Source: Blasia pusilla
Taxonomy: Eukaryota
Assembly (NCBI GenBank): GCA_050084515.1
Contig: CM114271.1
Coordinates: 19,654,001-19,718,000, forward strand
DNA length: 64,000 bases
Direction of reading: 5' to 3'
Shown here: positions 52,209 to 64,000 of the stretch, one piece after another
Numbering within the stretch: position 1 is the first letter of the stretch
How the letters are laid out: every line of letters begins with the position of its first letter
Notes under the pieces: generated by a model
The model's input: only the letters and a program-made list of their open reading frames with translations
The model's database searches: none
Told to the model about the DNA's origin: nothing
Position numbers and translations under genes: made by a program

Positions 52209-52319
52209 CAATACACACACTGAGCTTAAAAGTTGAAAGCCACAATTGGCTCCACAGCAAGGTCTCCACTCCAATGGATAGAAGGTGATTTCTCTAAACC
52301 TGAGGTGGAGTTCACCTCC

Positions 52320-53245
52320 TCCATGATTCTAAGCCCTTCCTCCAATGCAAGTCTTGGATCCACAGGTTGAGGCCTGCGCATTTCAAACTTGGTTCTCTTT
52401 GTGACAGGTAAGTTATTTCTCTTTGCCCATCGCCTCTCATGCTGAACTGTTAGAATATGCTTTCTCCAATTATTGAATGTATTATCTATGCATTTCTTGT
52501 CCTCAAAGCTATCTGCAGTGTCGTACTCTTCAACACACTCCTCAGAGACAAATCTACCCTAAGGTTCCCCATGTTTATCAAAGGTTCGCACAGACCATCA
52601 ATATCTATGGTCTAATTTTAGGTCCTTCATCAACCTATCTAATCCCCTGGTCTTACTTTTCCAGTACGACGTGTAGAAGGGTTTCATCAACGCTAAACCC
52701 CATGTACCCCTCACATCAACAATATCAAGGGATTGATGTAAGCTACCACCTACCAAACCAGAGATTGAATTATCCCCTCCTTCTCCCAAATTGGGATTGG
52801 GCCCACATGGGAATGGAGTAGTGTTAGATCCCCAAGAACTAGCCTCTATCGATAGGTCTACAATATGTATGCAATTAGGAGTCATGTCTTCATTATTTGA
52901 AAGGCTTGCAATGAATGAGTTAGGCTCTGTGGTCAGTTCCCTACTATTTTTCCCTCCCTCCTCCTTTTCATAAAATGTACCCCTCTCAGTCCTACTATCT
53001 ATCAAATAAACTTCCTCTCCCATATCCTCTAGTATATTACAATCTTCCATGTCCTTATCTACAATTCCAAGTATTCTCTTATCCCAAAAACTGAACTCAA
53101 CATCTTTCCACTTCTTCGATTTGTTAAGTTTATCCCTCAAATTCTCTAAGGTTTCCTCATCCTTATAGGCATATATCATTAGTGGTTTTGTTTTGTCAAC
53201 CCCAATCATTGGTAAATAAAGGACCTTAATTTTGTGTGACATTGT
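52320..53245 (-). pseudogene. Upstream coding remnant, probably the N-terminal exons of the P-like transposase gene
   Basis: 223-aa ORF 52598-53269 on the same strand as the transposase, separated from it only by the LINE; no family recognised. Confidence 0.4.
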
Positions 53246-54017
53246 GAGCAATACTGCAGCATAGTACAAGCTATCACATTACATTCACAAAGAGAGAGGT
53301 GAAGGTTAGGACACATCCACTCACATGATGTTAGTGAGAAACATCCATTGCAATCACAAGAATGAATGAAACACATACACAAACTATACAAAATTTACAC
53401 GAGGGGTGATCATGGTCCAAAAAACAAATCCCCATGGGTGTCTGATACATACTCTGTGTCAATCACCTTCTCTGCCAAAAACCTAAATTAATGTCCTCGA
53501 GTGCAAAATTCAATCATTCCCCAAAAAATTAGAGGCCTCGTAACAGCCATTGGAAAACCCCTACTCATCTACAACATGGGCAAAAACCTCCTCTCAACTG
53601 CTGCCTACGATACCGTCTAGCCGAGCAAATTCTTGCAGGTGGCAGCAATCCCTCTTGCATGTAGTAATACTCAAAGCGGAGGCGCACAATACAACCATAG
53701 AAGGTAATAGCCTCGTGGATCATAGCTACAGCTTTCCTCACGTGAGGGGAGTTGTCCTCACTAACCAAAAACCCATTCTGGTCATGGAAAATGTGGACTG
53801 TAATCCAATTTGCCACTCCCAACATCAACCACGCCAAAATGGAGTATGGATCCTCATGCAACAACACAAAATCAGCCATCTTCACATAGAATTGACGGCT
53901 TTGTTCATGAAACCACCAGCATGCAGTCCTCTGCACAAGGTCCCATTCCCAATAGTGCATGGTTGCATAACCACAAATCTTCAATTGACATAGAAGTGGC
54001 AATGCAACTATGCACTC

Positions 54018-57000
54018 TGTCACATCTGAGTAGCCGATAGGGCGAGATCTATCGTGGATAGGGCGTAGGAGCCAGCGGACTATCTTGAGTGTAACTTTTT
54101 CCCACGGTGTCGGATGAGGTTGAGGATAGGTCCATTGTGTCAGGAATGTCGTTTCTGAAAACTTTCATGTTGAGGTCTTTTACAGCCGGGTGACTTGTTG
54201 ACAGTCACCCCTGGTAACCTGTCTTGCGCTTGAGTTACCAAGGGGAGGGCTATTTTTAGGGGAAGAGCCTTTTGGTTCTTCCCAACCCTATATAAGAGAG
54301 GAAGATGGCTTTCCTAAGCCATCTTTCTCATGTTGGGCCGTTAGAGCACCTCCCTTGTACGGGTCTATCATCCCGTTTTAGGTGGTGACACGGGATGATA
54401 AACCACCGTTGGCCATGGCCAATAGGGTGGGGGAGTTGAGGGCAGCCTTACCTACGTTGGTGAGCTTCCCAGCATCCCATGCCTTTCGTCAGGGAGGGCC
54501 AGGCATGATTTGGGATGAGGTGACCGGAGCATTGGAGGAGCCTATAGCAAATGAGCGCGAACGCGCCATGGGGTTCGCTACCGGTACTACGGCGGTGACA
54601 GGGATGACTGAGGCATCCCGGAGACAGGTGTTGGGGCAGGTGATGGACCTCAACTGTCTCACATGGATAGTCAGCCTATGTATGGCTGAGCAGAGACGGA
54701 TGTGAGTGTCCTCCATGCCGTCACGTCCACGAGTTGGACCATTGCCTACAGGGTCTGTACAGGCATTGGCTGGGGGCGAGAGGAGGAGAGATAGGCACCC
54801 ATGGACTTCCTGGGACGTTGTTCGAGCACAGAGTGCAAAGGCGGCTAGAGTAGCACATGTTCATTTTTTGGATGTGGAGCATGGTGTAGGAGGTTAGAGT
54901 GGAGTGGTTGTTGCGGAGGTGGCTAGGGTTGCTACATAGCAACCAAAGCCGAAGGTTGCGTCCTCTCCGAGTGAGGTCACAATGGAGACTTGGGAGCGTG
55001 TGATAGGTCTCAAGTTGATAGGAGGAGAGCGATGGCAAGTTCATAGGTTTTTGAGAGGGCATGTCAGTTGTTTTGCCTTCAGTATGAGAGACTTGGATAC
55101 GCTGAAGGGTCCTGGGATACGGATTGAGTTGGCTAGTGATACGCCGATCTTTCGTCGACCCTACAAGTATTCTGATATGGAGCGAGCCTTGATTCAGAGC
55201 AAGAGTCAGGACTTGTTGGAGGCAGGACTTGTGGAGTTATCACATGGGGAGTATGCATCTGCCACAGTCATGCCGGCGAAGAAGGATATGTATGGCAATT
55301 GGACGGATAGGCGGATGTGTGAAGATTACCGTCCTATCAACCGACAGACGAGGTCAGATCGGTACGCCATGCCTACTCTTGAAGAGATCTTTGATGCGGT
55401 AGGGCATGCAAAGATCTTCAGTACTTCAGATCTCCATGTTGGCTATCATCACCTTCCTATCAGGTTGGAGGACAGGGAGAAGATAGCATTCTGGGGGATA
55501 GATCGGTTCGGGAGAGATTACTTGTATTAGTGGCGGTTCTTACCATTTGGGTTGAAGAACGCGACTATAGAGTTTCAGAGAGTGATGGATAGGACTCTGG
55601 CTGGCTTGGATTTTGTACGATGTTACATAGATGATATTCTTATATTTAGTTCCACGGTTGAGGAGCATGAGCGACACTTGGAGGAGGTGTTTCGGCGATT
55701 GCAGTTACATGGATTGAAGTTACATCCAAGCAAGTGCAGATTCTTTCAGGAGCAGATTGAGTACTTGGGACACACCATATACCCGAGTGGGTTAGGCGTT
55801 CAGCAGACGAAGGTAGAGGCTATTGCACAGATTCCACGCCCTATAGATGTGAGTCGAGTTCGAGCATTTCTTGGACTAGCAAACTTCTATCGACGGTATG
55901 TCAAGGGTTTTAGTGTGATCGCAAAGTCTTTGACCTTGTTGATGAGACTTGATCAGGTTTGGTTGTAGGGAGATGATCAGGAGCGAGCATTTCAGGAGCT
56001 CAAGGTCAGGTTGACGTCCTCACCTATTTTACAGAGACCGGTTATGGGTCCCCATTCCAGTTACATACGGAATGGAGCATGTTGGGTCTAGGAGCAGTGC
56101 TTACTCAGAGGGATGACGAGGAGAGGGAGTTCGTTGTGGCTTACGTGAGCAGATCAAACAACATTGCATAGGCGAAGTACAGCTCCTACGAGGGAGAGTG
56201 CTTGGCTGCAGTGTGGGCCGTGGCACATTTCAGGTGCTATTTATTCGGAAACCCTTTCACACTTATCACTGATCATCAGCCGTTGAGATGGTTGATGGAG
56301 TCCGACAAGCTTACGGGAAAGCTTGCCAGGTGGGCTCTATTACTACAGGAGTATGAGTTTGAGGTGGTTCATAGGCCAAGTCGGCTGAACCAAGATGCGG
56401 ATGGGTTGAGTTGTAACCCATGTCCGAGTCAGAGAGACGACACAGGAGCTCGATGGCACGGAGAGAGTGATGAGGAGATGGTGCCCGGTTGGCATGCATC
56501 TGCCTATCTTTGTTGGTTGACTATGGCAGGTAAGCCACAGGTGATGACTCCAGTGGTGGGTTTGGATGATGAGTCTTTGGATCCGGAGGTTAGTGAGGAG
56601 GCGACAGGTGGTCGTGATATCCATGACGACGTGGAGGTTGTGGAGTTCTTGCGCACTGGCGTCATTGCGAGTATAGTGAGTGCTAGGGAGCGGGATCGGA
56701 TCCTACAAAGAGCCAAGAGGTTCAGGTGAGAGGGGACTCACATTTTGCGGGTATGGGGAGAGGGTAGGATACGAGTGGTACCTCATCCTTCCCAGCGAGC
56801 ACGTGTAGTGCAACATGCCCATGAGGAGTTGGGACATTTCGGAGTAAAGCGTACTTACAGCTTACTCCAGGTTCAGTATTGGTGGCGCGGCATGCATACA
56901 AGGGTACAGCAATTTGTGGCCAAATGTATGGTATGTGATAGAGTGTGAGCATCCTTCAATGCTCCTACTCCGCAGTTACATCCTTTGCCGATTATGGGTT

Positions 57001-58213
57001 TAGGTTATCGGTGGAGTTTAGACTTTGCGGGACCGTGTTGGCCATTTAGATCAAGTGGATAGAGTTAGTCACTTTGGTGCAGCGGCGAGGGCAGGTTATG
57101 CGTTTCTAGATCCTGTGCTTAGTCACTTTGGTGCACCCGGTGTTGGTGTGGTACCGAGTTCATGAGAGAGTTTCAGGCCTTGTGTGATCAAGCACTGATA
57201 GATCACCGCACCACGTCCAGAGATCATCGTGAGGCGGATGGGATGGCAGAGAGAGTGGTACAGACGGTGAAGAGAGGATTGCGTAAGTATGGCTTGCAGT
57301 GGGGACAGTTGAGGGAGTGGGACCTACAGTTGCCATGGTTGGCTATGGGTTATCGCTTTAGTCAACAAGCATCCTTGGTGTCATTTTCACCGTACTTTTT
57401 TCTCTTTGGGAGAGAGCCAGATTTACCTGCAGCGATTCGACGTGACATGGCGGAGGTGTTAGATCTTGATGATCCACATGTGTGGGTACAAGCATGTTCT
57501 CAGAGGACAGAAGTTTTTCGTAGAGTTATGCCTATGGCCTTTGAGAACTTAGCTATTGCCCAGCATAGAGATACATTGAGGTACGCGACCATTCGTGGAG
57601 GAGGTTATCGTCCAGGGATTAGGAGGTTTCATCCAGGAGATTACGTGTATTTACAGCAGGCGGCACCCACGACGCTAGATGTCACTGTAGGGCGACGATC
57701 CTATGTGTGCACAAGGTATTACCGACCGGAGTCCTCATGTTGGAGGGACGGGATGGTATGGTTTGGAAGGATCATGTGCGCAATTGTGCGCCATGTCATC
57801 TTCCGAACGTAGATGGGACGGTGGATCCGAGCTTGGTAGTGGTACCTGCAGGCTTGAGGTGTATGTTGTGCGGATCTGCGAGGGGTGGAGCCACCATGTT
57901 GGTATGTGATGGTTGTTCTCGAGGGTGGCATATGTCATGTCAGACCCCCCCTCTTGATGTGGTTTCCACGGGACAATGGATGTGTCCGAGATATGTATAG
58001 GGTAGTAGGTCATGTCAGAGAGATGTGATATTTTCTATCTGGAGTTGGGGGGGATCCAACTGCCAGCTAGGGGGGCGGTTGTGTGATCTCCATGTATATG
58101 TATGAGTTGATTTTTGTACATGTGTGGATCGACCCGTGTGTGGGGAAGATCGGTGTTGTGTGGTGTAGATGTGACCAGCGATGTATGTTGTGTAGCGATA
58201 TGTATCCACGACA
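54018..58213 (+). mobile_element. DNMT-Gypsy copy 3 (distinct subfamily): 5' terminal segment, large internal deletion, DNMT C-terminal part-RT-RH-INT-PHD-B
   Basis: Starts TGTCA and ends cacGACA; flanks ACTC / GCTC; RT CYIDD near 55624; PHD 57859-57995; the two flanks rejoin in one minus-strand reading frame. Confidence 0.9.
54382..54705 (+). pseudogene. DNMT target-recognition region and motifs IX-X
   Basis: PTLVSFPASHAF...EPIANERERAMGFATGTT...SRRQVLGQVMDLNCL, collinear with 18330-18640. Confidence 0.88.
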
Positions 58214-58429
58214 GCTCGAACAAGGAGATGGGTCAGACTTTGATGAAGATCACCTCCTTCATATCAAAGGGCAAGGTTTGAAGCCTTGCTTGGAAATAGA
58301 AAGCGTCTGAAGGGGACCCAATCAGCGTTTCTTACCATTTCTGAGTTAAAGATCAACGCAAATGAGTTCACATTCATTTGCAATTCATAACACTGGCACA
58401 ACCTAGGACAAGGCAAGTTTCTCTCTTAT

Positions 58430-58960
58430 GAGAGAAACCTGATAGAGGGGAAAGAGGGTGGGAAAGTTTCAGGGAGAGAGTGAGGGAGAGGTAGTGATCC
58501 CCCCTCTCTCCCCAATTCCAGGTTTTTTTATTATTATAGAAACTTGAGAAGCAGGGGAAGAATTTGAGGGAGAGAGGGGGGATCCCACCTGAGGTTTCTG
58601 TCATAAGACAGAAACCTGAGAAGCAAGGGGGAAAGAATTTAAGGGAGAGAGGGGGATCCCCCCTCAAGTTTCTGTCTTATGACAGCACTTGAGAAGCAAG
58701 GAGGAGAATTTGAGGGAGAGGGGAAGAGGTGGGATCCCACTTGAGGTTTCAGGTTTCTGTCATAAGACAAAAACCTCTCTCAGGTTTGTGTCTTATAACA
58801 TAAACATGAGAAGCAGGGGGAGAGAATTTGAGGGAGGGGGAGGTAGTGATCCCCCCTCCCCAATTCCAGGTTTCTGTCTTATGATAGAAACCTGAGAAGC
58901 AGGGGGAGAATTTGAGGGAGAGAGGGGGGATCCCCCCTGAGGTTTCTATCTTATGACAAA
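58430..58960. repeat. Tandem ~55-65-bp purine-rich repeats with internal palindromes
   Basis: Recurring gaaacctgagaagcagggg...aatttgagggagagagggggatcccc...aggtttctgtc. Confidence 0.85.
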
Positions 58961-60851
58961 ATCCCCTTCAAACACAATCTAGGGGGAGAGGGAGAGGAGA
59001 GAGAGAATACCCTCCTTGGAGAAATGGCAGCAGTAGCTTTGTGGGTCTGAGGTTGAAGAAGCCTCTACAACAACCACCACCCCTACTTGATCTTGGAGCA
59101 GCAACAACAACAACAAAACAATACTACAGTCACCAAGAGCTGCAATAGGTGACAATGCAGCAAATGAAGTGTGGTTCTGGAACTTGCAACAGTTGAAGAA
59201 GAGTACGAGGATGGAACCTGCAAAAGCTATTGCAAAAACAATATTAGGAGTGAGTAAAGGCCATTGCAGAAGTGGCAATGCAGCAATTGGAGGATTAGCA
59301 AGAGTGAGCAAGAGTGAGCAAGTCGGAGGCTGCCTAGGATACAGTAGAGTGAGGACAATACCTGTTTTGCAGCATGAGCTTTAGCAACAACAACAATCGG
59401 GCAAAGAGCATCAACAATAGCAGAGGCGGAATGAGCTTGGACTATGCACCAACAATCCAAGAGCTCCCACTAGCAGCAGCCCCCAAAGTGTGAGCTTGGA
59501 ACCTCAGAAAAATGTGAAGGAACCTTGAACAGAACCAAGTGCCTGAGATCTCCTTGAGCTACAACAGACCTGAAGGGGGGAGCTTGTTCTCACAATCACA
59601 AGAAACAACAGCAGCAGAAAGGAGGAAATCTTTCCAAAGGGTCAGGGCTTCGCCTTCAAAGAGAACTCTCACCTCTTCCAACTCTCCAACTCGAAAAATG
59701 TGCGGAGGAATGGCATTGGGGTCCGACTACCCCTTCAAGATTTTTAATTTTGGACATCCATCTTGTTCCTCATGAGCTGGAAAATTCAGATCTTCATTTT
59801 CATGTTGCAATTTCAAAATAAAAATCCCAAAACTGTGTCTTCATGACCTCACTAAAATTATATCAACATAGGTACTAATGGGAGTTGTGGAGGGGTTGAA
59901 TTAATTTTCTTCTCCAAAAGCAAAAGGCATACTTTTGACCGTTAGATGACCCTAAAATTTATAGAAAAGACTTATGAAATGATTTATCATGAACTAGATG
60001 GTTTAGATCTTCATTTTAATGTTGCAATTTCAACATTAAAATCCCAAAAGATATATCATCTTTGGTTTTTAATTCCCTATTCCCAAGTCCAAAACATATG
60101 AAACTTCCCAGATTGGTTTCAAATGTGCCAACCCATGCCCATGCCAAGTTTTAGTTCTAGAATATGAGCTAAAAGAAAGTTGTGCTCTCCAGCTTATGAA
60201 CACGCATGTCCCATGTTGGAGGGTATGTAACATACAATTGGACCATTGGATCTAGATGAGACTTTTAGAGAAGGTGTGGCATGCAACCAGAAAAGATTTT
60301 AATGGTTCAGATCATGATAGTTGGCTTATGAAAAGCCTCCAAAATCGCCCTTTGTTTTTTAGGGTTTGGAATTTTAACTTTTTTTTGGGAAGTCATTTGG
60401 TTGTGGAAAAAATCCAGCATCATAAAGATGCAGAGATACATTCCTTGACAAAGTTTCAGAGTTTTTGGAGGTATTTTGATGAGGTTGTGTCTACATGATC
60501 TCACCGGATACATGGCCCTAAGCCTCGCCCAAAGCATCTCTAGAAATATAGCTTTATGTACTTGAATATATTTCACCAAGGTATACACTTTAAGATATTC
60601 AACCAAGGAAAGATTTATGTTATTCAAATTTTTAAGGAAGGTATTTTTTTCCTTGAGGATTATATATATATGTAAAATATAATTTTTTCTGCATTTAGTC
60701 ACTTGTACCCCTTGCTTTTTCCTACTTGGATTTTGGATTGTATCACCCATTGCTTACGTACCAGCGCAGAATTGGAAAAAAAAAAACCCTATCTTAGCGG
60801 TCAGTACTTCCAAAATTTGACCATTTTTTAGTAAAAGTGCCCCTATCTTTG

Positions 60852-62075
60852 CTCACACAAGGGCAAGTAATCCAATGAAGAGTAAAGTCCCCGAGGAGAT
60901 AAGACATGAGAGTCCAATGTTTGAGGCTATAAAGGTGGAGGTAGACATTAGTGATAAGAGAGTCTCATAATCAGAGCCGTAGAGTCCTGTTGAAGTTTAG
61001 ATTGCACATCTTTGCAGATCAGATAGACCTAGGAGACTTCCCAAATGTTTGGGTTTTTGGAGTTCATATGCAATTTCCTTTGCCCTTCTTATAGAGAATG
61101 GCGAGCCTTCATGTTAGAAAGAGGCCTTAGAGGACCTAGACCGGTCAATGTGGATGCTTGCCATGGAGGAAGAGATGGAGTCTCTTCAATACAATCACAC
61201 TTGGGACCTAGTGCGGTTGCGTAAGAACAAGAAATTAATTAGATGCAGATGGGTGTATCGGAGGAAGGAAGCACTTCCTGATACTGGTGGAGATAGACCC
61301 AAAAAAAAAGACTTGTGGCAAAAGGAAATACGCAAAGGGAAGGTATTGACTTCAATGAGATTTTCTCACCAGTAGTAAAGATTGCATCCATTTGTGTATT
61401 TCTAGGCATAGTGGCTTTATATGACCTACAATTGGAGCAACTTGATGTTACAATTGCCTTCTTGCATGGAGATATCGAGGAGATGTACATGCAATAACCA
61501 TAGGGATTTGAAGTATAGGGGGGAGAGAACTTGGTGTGCAAATTGAAGAAGTCCTTGTGCGGATTGAAGTAGAGTCCGACGCAATGGTACATTTATGAGA
61601 ATACATAGGTATACTCGTAGTGAGTATGATTGTTGTGTGTATCTGAAGAAGACAGAGAGGTGTTCATTTTGGTTATATTGTCTTGGTGCTATATGTTGAT
61701 GATATGCTCATTAATATTGTCGTTGAGCACATGAAAGATATTGCTCAACTGAAGAGAAAATTGAGCAAGGAGTTTAGCATGAAGGACTTGGGTCCTTCAA
61801 AGAGGATTCTTGAGATAGATATCCACAGAGATCGGAAAAATAGACGCTCGTGGACGTCCCAGAGGAAGTACCTTGAGAAGGTACTTGAACGGTTTGGCCT
61901 GGGGATGCTAAATCTATGAGCACCCCTTTAGGCAGTCATTTTAGACTCTCTGCAATTGACTGTCTTGATACTAAAGGTGAAAGGAGAGCAATTTTGGAGA
62001 TCCCTCATGAAAGTGCGGTCGGAGGTTTGATGTATGCGATGACATGCACTTGACCAGATATCTTATATGCTTTTG
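60852..62075 (+). mobile_element. Decayed Ty1/Copia reverse transcriptase fragment
   Basis: AMEEEMESLQYNHTWDLV, QREGIDFNEIFSPVVK, QLDVTIAFLHG, LYVDDMLI, MKDLG. Confidence 0.9.
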
Positions 62076-62630
62076 TGGACATGTATTCCCATGATAACTT
62101 TATCTACTCCCTGGGGCACCAGGCAACTATTTTACAAGGGAAGACAAGAACCCACTGGAACTGAGGGATGCCATCAATACAATGGGTCAACTTATTTTCA
62201 AGGATAGAAGAAATACATTGGTGGACGAAGAAGTCTTCAGGAGATTGCAATTAATCTTGTCACACTTCATATGGCAAGATATTCCTTTAAGGAAAGAAGG
62301 GGAATATCCACGGTGGTATCAATACCCTCTTTGAATGCATGATCAACTCCTAAGATTATGGGACAGAGAGTGAGAAGTGTTCTTAATCAATCCCATATAG
62401 ACGACTCAAGGAGCAAAAGAAGATGCAAAAGCCGATGAGGGGCTTGAGAGAACACTTTGACGAGGATTACAAAGGCCATTAATTAATGCTAGGGGAAGAC
62501 ATGGTGAGACATATGAATCAATGTTATGTTTGTCCAAAGATGAAAATATGGTGTATTTAATGGATCTTGCATGTCCATCGAAGATGAACTTCGTCAAGTC
62601 AAAAGCATATACCAAATTTTGTGGCAATTT
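62076..62630 (+). pseudogene. Possible decayed DNA-transposase C-terminal fragment (hAT-like)
   Basis: Coding-like composition after an abrupt break from Copia, with a WWYQYP...PK motif near 62311; weak. Confidence 0.25.
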
Positions 62631-64000
62631 GAATTAATATTTTTTTGAAGTAGTTAAGATTATAAAATTGTAAAAATCAAGATAATATCCTGAATAGATA
62701 ATGCCTTATTTATGTTTTAAAATAGTGGTGAAGATTTCACATAGAACTTGTAAGTATCTTCGTTTTTCCTCCAATTTCCTTTCCTCCAATTAAAAGATTT
62801 CTCTCCCCTTTGCTCCCAAAGAGTATAAGAAATTTTATTTTTTTTAATATAGCCTGGAGTATAAGAATGCCACATTGCGTATAAGATCAAAGCTAAATTT
62901 GTTCATTTTCAATTTTTCCTAACCTCCTCCCAAATCTTAGGAAAGATTTGGGAGGAGGAAACACCCCAAAGTACAAAACTCCCAACATCATTAAGAAGAC
63001 CCACCAGCAACACTTTATACCAAAAGTTGAGATTGACATTTCTCCCCACCACCAAAACAATCCATTTCAAATTAAACATAATAAACAGACCCATTTTATT
63101 ATATCAAACCTTCCTAAGAAGTTTTAGTGACGAGGACTAAACACCCAAAACTATAAATAGCCCAAGGTCATTTCAAATACTTGCGAGCATACCTATAAAT
63201 GCAAAATGAGACTGAGATTTTTCACTTGAACTAACAACAATCATTTTGGCTTAAACTTGATAGGGATGTCCATTCTAGAACATCATATTTTTCTAAGAAG
63301 TTATGGGGAAGAGGACAACACCCAAAATGCCAAAATTTCCAACCGTCATGATCATACTTATAAATTGAGGTTGAGACATTTCACTCGAACAGAAAACATG
63401 CATATTGGCTCAAACTTGATAAGAATGCCCATTTCATTACATCATACTTTCCTACAAAGTTTTAGAGAAGAGGACTTAACAACCTCACCAACAAGAATCT
63501 CAAATACTGTAGCGCACTCACGTTGGAGTCTACCAAAGAAGATTAGGTTGGCAAACTTTCAGCTCTCTTTCCATTTACCTTTTCAAGTCATCTACAACAT
63601 ATTTTCTAAAATCTACTTCCATCTGCATTTGCATGTAGTGTTTTTCATTACAAATTCTTCTCTTCTTCCCGCTCCTACTTCCTCGAAGACTAATCTCACT
63701 CCCCTCCAATCAAACTTGGCTCAGAGGATTTCCAAGTTTGGGATCTTCCGTCATACTAATTACCCTTGCAACGGTTAGTGTCCTCCCGGAAACAACCCCA
63801 GCCAATCTGTTCAAATCCTCTTGGGCGGCACTTCAATTGGAACATCGCCGTTTTTTAGCATGTGAATGGGTTTAATAGTAGAAATCAAGCACCCCAGGCC
63901 ACACGTGTGATGGGCCTTGCATCCAGATTGACAGAATCATCAAATTGTCATTGCATCTATTTAAGAAAAAACTCTAACAAACTTTGTGGAAACAATTATA

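Larger units (their letters stand above)
46406..60851 (-). mobile_element. P-element-like DNA transposon remnant hosting a nested LINE and Gypsy copy 3; one putative terminus at 60851
   Basis: Transposase motifs at 46440-48480; AT-rich terminal region ending ...gcccctatctttg (reverse complement CAAAGATAGGGGC) where Copia sequence resumes. The extent is inferred. Confidence 0.55.

Noticed and set aside
62630-64000. 173-aa ORF at 63257-63778 and a possible LTR or TE end
   Set aside because: AT-rich, TTG start, no domain, and no partner repeat or terminus identifiable in the window.

Overview
Eukaryotic, transposon-dense DNA, most plausibly from a non-seed land plant (inferred from the TE families and gene structure). 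There is one intact host gene, a 9-exon ETHE1/GLX2-3 persulfide dioxygenase (27941-31442, +), surrounded by nested, mostly decayed elements: a CACTA/EnSpm element, chromovirus-type Gypsy, Copia, hAT-like fragments, a LINE with a C-terminal CCHC finger and microsatellite tail, and a P-element-like DNA transposon. The main discovery is a Ty3/Gypsy-type family present as at least five copies or fragments plus a solo repeat. Its polyprotein reads Gag-PR-[DNMT3-like C5 DNA methyltransferase]-RT-RNaseH-integrase-[PHD finger]. Its ends are not ordinary LTRs but split direct repeats (A1-internal-B1-nn-A2-B2), with TGTCA...GACA termini, an apparent 4-bp TSD and no visible tRNA primer-binding site. All copies here are mutated. 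Translations were done by hand and no database searches were run.
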